Below the pieces are notes generated by a model that did no database searches, was not told the DNA's origin, and saw only the letters and a program-made list of their open reading frames with translations. Made by a program: the position numbers and the translations under genes. Positions 57,923 through 64,000 of a DNA stretch of 64,000 nt are shown here, one piece after another; positions within the stretch are counted from its first letter, which is position 1, and each line of letters opens with the position of its first letter. This DNA comes from a bacterium (GTDB lineage: Bacteria; RBG-13-61-14; DATKZS01), in NCBI GenBank assembly GCA_963674965.2, contig CAXXFL010000001.1, positions 736,001 to 800,000 of the forward strand, given 5' to 3'.

Positions 57923-58939
57923 TCACTTCGATAAATAGCAAACGACCTTGCCGTCGTTCATCATGGGTAGAAACACCCTCGTCATTTCCTTTACTTGATC
58001 TTCGCCCTTCTCGCCGGCCAGATAGAACGCGGTGCCAAACCGGTAATGCATTACCTTTACTTGGTCTTCGCCCTTCTCGCCGGCGGGACCGGCCTTTGGC
58101 TTCCTGACAAAACCCGGGATTACCTCGAGGTCCGCGCTGCCGGAGTTAATATCCAGTAAAAGCTCGAACTCCCCGGAGGGCTGGATAAGATAAAGGGCGC
58201 CCTTTACCCAGTCGGTGGCCAGATACGCCCCCGCCCCGTCGGACTCGAGCCCGTCCAGATTGCCTACCGGAGTTTTATTGCCCAGGCTCTTTATGGTTTT
58301 ATCCTTCAAGGATACCACCTTCAAATGGCCGGGCGTGCTGGTGGCGAACCCCTTGGTCCTGTCGCCCCAGCTCGCGACGATAAGGGAGTCCCCCTCGGCG
58401 AGAAGCCCGTTCGGCGACTGAAGCGCCGGGTCCTTCAGCCATAGCTCGAACCCGTCGGGACCAAGGCGGTAAATCGCGTCGTCCAGCATGTCCGACACGT
58501 ATACCCAGCCGTTCGAGTCGGCCGTCACGTCGTTTAGAAACTTCGCGTCCTTCGCGGGGTAGCGCTTGGATATCTTTCCTTCCCAGGCGTGTATTTCAAC
58601 CAACTCGTCAATGTTGGAGACGTAGAGCCTGTTTTGTACCAGAGCCATGCCCTTGGGAGCGTCCAGGCCCGTAACCCATTCAAGTTCCTCTATTTTGCCG
58701 TCGATTCCGAGTTTTGAAATAAAACCGTTTCCGTCCTTTTCATTGGGGACCCCGTTAACGTTGGAAACGAAAAGCCAAGAACCCTCCTCCCTGTAAATAA
58801 CCGATTCGGGGTTCTTGAAACCATCGGCTTCCCACAGTACTTCAAGTTTTAGGGGGGTTTTGCCCTTGTCCTGGCCGGCCGCGGCCGCCGCGCAAATCAA
58901 GCCGGCGACAATCAAAATAGTCGCTACTCTTCCTTTCAT
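57923..58939 (-). CDS. SMP-30/gluconolactonase-like beta-propeller secreted protein
   Basis: Signal peptide; PESV, GFISK, APKGM, FLNDV, PNGL, LDGL, SADL. Confidence 0.85.
   Translation of the reverse strand: MKGRVATILIVAGLICAAAAAGQDKGKTPLKLEVLWEADGFKNPESVIYREEGSWLFVSNVNGVPNEKDGNGFISKLGIDGKIEELEWVTGLDAPKGMALVQNRLYVSNIDELVEIHAWEGKISKRYPAKDAKFLNDVTADSNGWVYVSDMLDDAIYRLGPDGFELWLKDPALQSPNGLLAEGDSLIVASWGDRTKGFATSTPGHLKVVSLKDKTIKSLGNKTPVGNLDGLESDGAGAYLATDWVKGALYLIQPSGEFELLLDINSGSADLEVIPGFVRKPKAGPAGEKGEDQVKVMHYRFGTAFYLAGEKGEDQVKEMTRVFLPMMNDGKVVCYLSK
57983..58084. repeat. Two 36-bp direct repeats (34/36 identical) separated by 30 bp, in frame within the CDS
   Basis: CATTWCCTTTACTTGRTCTTCGCCCTTCTCGCCGGC at 57983-58018 and 58049-58084. 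Confidence 0.9.
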
Positions 58940-58978
58940 TTCGATCCCTCCTTTTCCGGGTCCAGGCCAGTGGGCTTT

Positions 58979-59809
58979 TCATTCAACGAAGACCATTTTA
59001 TGGTCCTTGATCATGGTCATCTTCTTGGCCATCCTTACGATCTTCTCCGCCTTTTCTATGTCCGCCACCAGGGCCCCGTTCTTACAGTTGAGAAGGCACT
59101 GGCCGCACTTGATGCAGCCGGCGCCTCTTACGGCTTTCTTATCCACCACCTTGACCGCTCCAGCGGGGCAGACCTTTTCGCATGTCCCGCACCCGGCGCA
59201 GAGGTCGGCCTTGAACTCGATCTTGGGCATGGCGTCGATCTTGGTCTGCAGGGGAAGGAGTGAGTCCATAAAATTGAGGAGCTTCTTCCGGTTATGGAAT
59301 CGGTCGAGCGCGAGCTTGAGGTCCGGGTCCCGCTCGATCCGGCCGATCATTCTACCGGCGAATTCCTTGACCTTTGCCAGCTCGTCCTCGCCGGGCTTGC
59401 CCGCGCCGAACTCGGGGACCGTACGAAGCGGCGGCAGGTTGTGCATGGAGGGGACCTGCACTCCCCCAACCGAGCGGTATCCGAGCCCGCCCAGCTTGCC
59501 CGCCATATCGTGCAGGACGTTGCCCCCGAACACGTGCCCGTAGGTGGTGAAGACGTAAGCGGGCCGGTCCTTGCCCGCGGGAAGCCGGTCCATCCATTTA
59601 GCCGCCGGGGTGGGAATCTTCCAGTACATGACCGGTACGCCCACGCCGATGACGTCGGCCTCGGACAAAAGAGCCGGGTCGTCCCTCGGTATACTTACTA
59701 TGGCCGAGTCCCAGCCCGCGTCCATAAAGGCCGACGAAATGGCCTCGGCCACCTTCATGGTGTTGCCCGTCTGCGAGAATACCGCCGCTCGATGAATCTT
59801 TTTTTCCAT
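58979..59809 (-). CDS. EFR1-type flavodoxin/ferredoxin fusion
   Basis: [19 protein letters not shown] and [11 protein letters not shown]. Confidence 0.88.
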   Translation of the reverse strand: MEKKIHRAAVFSQTGNTMKVAEAISSAFMDAGWDSAIVSIPRDDPALLSEADVIGVGVPVMYWKIPTPAAKWMDRLPAGKDRPAYVFTTYGHVFGGNVLHDMAGKLGGLGYRSVGGVQVPSMHNLPPLRTVPEFGAGKPGEDELAKVKEFAGRMIGRIERDPDLKLALDRFHNRKKLLNFMDSLLPLQTKIDAMPKIEFKADLCAGCGTCEKVCPAGAVKVVDKKAVRGAGCIKCGQCLLNCKNGALVADIEKAEKIVRMAKKMTMIKDHKMVFVE

Positions 59810-59952
59810 GCCTTACCTCCATGGAGATTTTAGCGCCTCGGGGCGCGGGCTGAAAAGCCGACAAGCCGCCCCGCTCGCTCGGTCTATTCTATTACTTCGC
59901 CGTCCATTTTGCATGCCCGCGAAAAACGCGGGATTGGAGTCCCCTATTTTTG

Positions 59953-59981
59953 TTGACCGGCGCTTGCCGGCGCGTTAAGCT
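59953..59981 (+). promoter_or_regulatory. Putative sigma70 promoter of the kinase gene
   Basis: TTGACC-N17-TAAGCT. Confidence 0.45.
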
Positions 59982-60035
59982 TTGCCTGTGGATGGCCGCC
60001 CGCTTTGGCGGCGAGACCCGTTACAAGGTGATAAT

Positions 60036-62657
60036 ATGGCTGACTCGAAAGACCTGGTTTTCGCGAGGGACAGAAACCTTTTGCTCGGCGTTATCGCGGT
60101 GCAGCTGAGTTTTATCTCTCCGTCTCAATTGGCCTCGGCCGCGGCCATGTGGGCCAATGACGGCGCGTCGGACCTGGGCAAGATACTTCTCGAGCTTTCC
60201 TTCCTCTCTCCCAAAAATCTCGAGGTCATCGAGAAGCTCCTCGAGAACCGGCTCGAGGCCCATGGGGAGGACCCGGCCAAGGCCCTGGCCTCCATCGGCG
60301 GCGACGGCGCGGTGCGGGCGTCCTTCGCTGGGGCCGAGGAAAAAATCCTCGGACGCGAGACCGCCCGGGAACGAAGCGGCGGCTCGCCGACCGCCTCGAT
60401 AGATAAGACTGACAATATCACCATCGAGCACCCGGGAAGGTACTCGATAAAAGGAGAACACGCGAGGGGGGCCATCGGCCGGATACTGATCGCCTTTGAC
60501 GAGCACGTGGGCAGGGAGGTGGCGCTCAAGGAATTATTGGCCGGAGACAACGCGGCCGGTTCCTCGGAGGGCCGCTCTCCTTCCCGGGCCTCGGTCGAGG
60601 CCGAGGCCAGGTTCCTGCGGGAGGGAAGGATCACCGGGCAGCTCGAGCACCCCGGCATCGTTCCCGTCTATGAAATAGGAAAAAGGCCGGACGGAGAAGT
60701 CTACTACACCATGAAGATGATGAGGGGGGCCACCCTGGCGGAGGCCCTCAAGTCCTGCGCCTCCCTTTCCGAGAGGCTCCAGCTTCTGCCCAAGTTCCTG
60801 GCCATGTGCCAGGCCATCGCCTTTGCCCACGCCAAGGGCGTGATCCATCGCGATATCAAGCCGGCCAACATGATGATCGGCGAGTTCGGCGAGTGCGTGG
60901 TGCTCGACTGGGGCCTGGCCAAGGTCAAGGGGCTGCGCGACATACAATCGCGGACCCTGGAGAAAGGGTACACCCTCCTTCAGGACGGCGACATAGTGGC
61001 CACGGTGGCGGGCTCTCCGATCGGCACTCCCGCCTACATGAGTCCCGAGCAGGCGGACGGCCGCATCGAGGACATCGACGCCAGGAGCGACGTCTGGGGT
61101 CTGGGCGCCATTCTTTTCGAGCTACTGACGGGTCGGTATCCCTACACGGGCCGGACGGCCCACGAGGTGATGATGAAGGTGGCCACCGAGCCGCTCGACG
61201 ATATCTCGAGGATCGAGCCGCACGCCCCGGCCGAGTTGAAAGAAATCTGCGAGAAGTGCCTTAACAAGGACCGCGACGAAAGGTACCAGGACGCGGGCGA
61301 CCTGGCCCGCGAGGTGGAGAAGGTGGTGGTGGTCATCTTCGGCGCGGGTTCCTTCGTCGAGGTTCGGGAGGAGAAGAACTACGCCCTCGAGCAGATGCGC
61401 ATCGCTGAGGAACAGCGCGCCATCGCCGAGGCCAAGGAGCGGGAGGCGAGGGAGAACCTGGCCGAGGCTTATCTGCAATACGGACTGGGAGCGGAAAAGG
61501 AGGGGGACTGGAGTCGCGCCAAGATATATTTCGCCAAGTCCCTGGCGCTCACGGGCCGGACCGACGCGAGGAAGGCCATCTGCCGTGAGCCTATTAAGGC
61601 GGCGAGCAAATTCTCGGTCATGTCCTATTCCGAGGCGGGCGAGTCCATTACCGCCGTTTATCTTTCGAGGGAAGGCAAATACGCCCTAACCGCCGGCGGC
61701 GATTACAGCCTCTCGCTGTGGTCCATCGAGGGCGGCGAGTACATGCGGACCTATACGGGCCACTCCAACGAGGTCCGGGCCATCGGCCTTTCGATGGACG
61801 GAAAGCTCGTGCTGGGGGCGGGCGACGACTCGAAGATCAACGTGTGGCGGACCAACAGCACCAATTTCGAGCGGGAGTTTATTGGCCACCAGGGGACGGT
61901 CAAGGCCGCCTGCTTTTCTCCGTCGGCCAAGTACGTGATCTCGTCGGGGGCCGACTCGACCATCCGCATGTGGTCCATGGAGAACGGCCAGTGCCTCTTC
62001 GTCTTCCAGGGCCACAAGGGACCGGTCAACTCGGTGGAAATCTCGCCGGACGGAAAGCACCTTATCTCGGCCGGAAGCGATAAGACGGTCAAGCTCTGGT
62101 CGCTTCAGAGCGGCAAATGCATCCATACCTACGAGGGCCACCGGGGACCGGCGCTGGGCGCGCATTTCGACCCCCGCCGCGAGTACGCCGTGTCCTTTGG
62201 CCGTCGGGTGATACTGTGGTCTCTTAAATCCGGGAAGAGGGAGAGGACCTTCGAGGGTCACGCCGAGGGCGTGGTGGCGGCGTCTTTCTCTCCCGACGGC
62301 ACGCACGTGGTCACCGCCGGCTGCGCCGAGCGGGAGCACTTCGGCACCTGCGTGGCCGGGGACTTGAGGCTCTGGTCCATCAAAAGCGGCGAGCTGCTTC
62401 GCGCCATCGTGGCTCACGACCGGCAGGCCATGGCCGTGAGGTTCATGCCCAGCGGAAACCTGCTGGTCTCGGCCGGGGCCGACAGCACAATCAAGACCTG
62501 GCCCATCGACTGGGAAGTGTTCGGCCTGGAAGGGGACCAGATTCTCGCCCGTGCCCAGCGGGAGGCGGGTCTTGTCCTTGACGGCTTCAAGCTCGAGTCA
62601 CTCGTGCACGAGCCCGTGGAGGATGAGTCCGCTCCCGATCTGCCGCCGTCCATATAA
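60036..62657 (+). CDS. Hanks-type Ser/Thr protein kinase with C-terminal WD40 repeats
   Basis: VALK, HRDIKPAN, DWG, GTPAYMSPEQ, DVWGLG; about seven GH...W repeats. Confidence 0.93.
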   Translation: MADSKDLVFARDRNLLLGVIAVQLSFISPSQLASAAAMWANDGASDLGKILLELSFLSPKNLEVIEKLLENRLEAHGEDPAKALASIGGDGAVRASFAGAEEKILGRETARERSGGSPTASIDKTDNITIEHPGRYSIKGEHARGAIGRILIAFDEHVGREVALKELLAGDNAAGSSEGRSPSRASVEAEARFLREGRITGQLEHPGIVPVYEIGKRPDGEVYYTMKMMRGATLAEALKSCASLSERLQLLPKFLAMCQAIAFAHAKGVIHRDIKPANMMIGEFGECVVLDWGLAKVKGLRDIQSRTLEKGYTLLQDGDIVATVAGSPIGTPAYMSPEQADGRIEDIDARSDVWGLGAILFELLTGRYPYTGRTAHEVMMKVATEPLDDISRIEPHAPAELKEICEKCLNKDRDERYQDAGDLAREVEKVVVVIFGAGSFVEVREEKNYALEQMRIAEEQRAIAEAKEREARENLAEAYLQYGLGAEKEGDWSRAKIYFAKSLALTGRTDARKAICREPIKAASKFSVMSYSEAGESITAVYLSREGKYALTAGGDYSLSLWSIEGGEYMRTYTGHSNEVRAIGLSMDGKLVLGAGDDSKINVWRTNSTNFEREFIGHQGTVKAACFSPSAKYVISSGADSTIRMWSMENGQCLFVFQGHKGPVNSVEISPDGKHLISAGSDKTVKLWSLQSGKCIHTYEGHRGPALGAHFDPRREYAVSFGRRVILWSLKSGKRERTFEGHAEGVVAASFSPDGTHVVTAGCAEREHFGTCVAGDLRLWSIKSGELLRAIVAHDRQAMAVRFMPSGNLLVSAGADSTIKTWPIDWEVFGLEGDQILARAQREAGLVLDGFKLESLVHEPVEDESAPDLPPSI

Positions 62658-62680
62658 AGGAAGTCACCCGGATTCATGGC

Positions 62681-62944
62681 TTACTGGACGCTCCGAAAAA
62701 ATCCGATCAGCATGTAAATGGAAGGGACCAGTAAAATAAAGCCCACCCAATAGAGCCAGAAGTAAAGTCCTACTTGACCTTTCTCGCTTCTCGTTTCCTT
62801 TATATAGTCCCGCATTATCAAAATGGGAAGACCGCGTCTCAGGCTCCAGTGGCCGGGACCCTTAAGATAAACCTGCATTTTATAGTCGCTTACCAGGGAA
62901 AGAACCAGACCCGCGATAAACAAAACCAGCCATAACCACGTCAA
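62681..62944 (-). CDS. Small 2-TM hypothetical protein
   Basis: GAGGAGG RBS before TTG; two hydrophobic helices. Confidence 0.65.
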   Translation of the reverse strand: MTWLWLVLFIAGLVLSLVSDYKMQVYLKGPGHWSLRRGLPILIMRDYIKETRSEKGQVGLYFWLYWVGFILLVPSIYMLIGFFRSVQ

Positions 62945-62990
62945 AGCACGCCTCCTCGAGAAATCCGAATTTTTTATACGGCATTTTTCA

Positions 62991-63212
62991 TCACGGCATA
63001 TGGATTGCTCTTGTAACGTCTAAAACAAATGACTTTTCTCCATACAGTATCGCCAAACCCAGGAAAATCGTCAATGAAGAAATCAAAAAAATAAATTTTT
63101 CAAGTAATTGCGCCGGACAAGACGCAAATAAGGTCAATAAGAAAAAAAAGGGCTTTCTCAATCTGAATAAAAACGCGAGTCGTTTTCGCAATATTGGCAA
63201 GAGGGTTTTCAT
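62991..63212 (-). CDS. Possible small hydrophobic protein
   Basis: 73-aa AT-rich ORF with GGAG upstream; weak support. Confidence 0.3.
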   Translation of the reverse strand: MKTLLPILRKRLAFLFRLRKPFFFLLTLFASCPAQLLEKFIFLISSLTIFLGLAILYGEKSFVLDVTRAIHMP

Positions 63213-63247
63213 ATGTACTCCCGAAATTATCTATTAAGGCGATAACC

Positions 63248-64000
63248 ATGGGTCAAGACTTAAGATCGGTTTTCATGAATAACGCCGCCGGCTCATGGCC
63301 CAAGGCGCCGGGCGTGGTCGAGGCGGTGAATTCCGCTTTGAGCCGAAGACCGGAGCACCCGGGCCGGACGTCCCTGCAAAAAGACGATCTGGCCGGCCGC
63401 TGTCGGGAGCTTTTAGCCGGGATCATGGGCGTTGAAGATAAAACCCGCGTGGCCATAACCTTTAACGCCACCCACTCGCTCAACATAGCCATCATGGGCA
63501 TGGGGCTTCAAAGGGGAGACGTGGTGGTGACCACCGTGACCGAGCACAATTCCGTGCTAAGGCCCCTGGCCCATCTGGCCGAGCGCCAGGGAGTCGAGGT
63601 CATTGAAATCGGGCTCGATGACAATAACCTCTTGGACTTTGCCGCCTTTTGTCGCGCGCTCGAGAGAAGGCCGAAGCTGGTGGCCATAAACCACGCCTCG
63701 AACGTGACGGGCAGAATCCAGGACGCGGCCCGATATTTCGCGGCGGCCAAAAAGGCGGGGGCCGTGACTCTTCTTGACGCCTCGCAGACGATGGGCCACG
63801 CTCGGGTCAATCCCGACGAGCTTTTTGCCGACATGGTGGCCTTCACGGGTCATAAAGGACTCCTCGGCCCGCCCGGCATAGGAGGACTATACGTGAGGCC
63901 GGGAATCGAGCTCGAGCAATGGATGGTCGGCGGGACCGGCGTTCGCAGCGATCTCACCCTGCACCCCGAGGACATGCCCACCCGGCTGGAGGCCGGAACG
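63248..64000 (+). CDS. Class V PLP aminotransferase / cysteine desulfurase-like (3'-truncated)
   Basis: Read manually: MGQDLRSVFMNNAAGSWPK, NATHSLN, EHNSVLRP, NHASNVTG, DASQT, FTGHKGLLGPPG, LEAGT. Confidence 0.92.
   Translation, partial: MGQDLRSVFMNNAAGSWPKAPGVVEAVNSALSRRPEHPGRTSLQKDDLAGRCRELLAGIMGVEDKTRVAITFNATHSLNIAIMGMGLQRGDVVVTTVTEHNSVLRPLAHLAERQGVEVIEIGLDDNNLLDFAAFCRALERRPKLVAINHASNVTGRIQDAARYFAAAKKAGAVTLLDASQTMGHARVNPDELFADMVAFTGHKGLLGPPGIGGLYVRPGIELEQWMVGGTGVRSDLTLHPEDMPTRLEAGT

Noticed and set aside
57983-58084. CRISPR array
   Set aside because: Only two repeats, in frame within a CDS, with no leader or cas genes.

Overview
GC-rich (about 60% by eye) bacterial chromosomal window. 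Its gene content suggests an anaerobic deltaproteobacterial-type organism (Desulfobacterota/Myxococcota-like); this is inference only. It holds about 58 CDSs and one tRNA-Val(CAC). I found no integrase, transposase, cas gene, reverse transcriptase or rRNA. From left to right: (1) an acyl-CoA carboxylase/ECH/BKACE/acyl-CoA dehydrogenase cluster; (2) tRNA-Val, a divergent HydE-like radical SAM gene and mobA; (3) housekeeping and secreted-protein genes, including a candidate sigma28-driven gene and an 888-aa Gly/Tyr-repeat surface protein; (4) a GMC oxidoreductase plus 2-hydroxyacyl-CoA dehydratase pair; (5) cls and an APC-EIIA fusion; (6) a Tat-exported flavodoxin/DUF362/TetR unit. The most striking part is a 13-gene minus-strand cluster (36.7-49.4 kb). 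It joins the uncharacterised RDD/SpoIIM/DUF58/MoxR/DUF4350/DUF4129 core to two B-box-type Zn-finger membrane proteins, a membrane protein with a Pro-rich tail, and a tandem array of four diversified GYF_2-Zn ribbon-RDD paralogs. The right end carries tpx, nikR, an MFS, FecR- and SHOCT-domain proteins, a kinase-WD40 protein and a truncated class V aminotransferase. All family assignments come from motif recognition by eye, not database searches.
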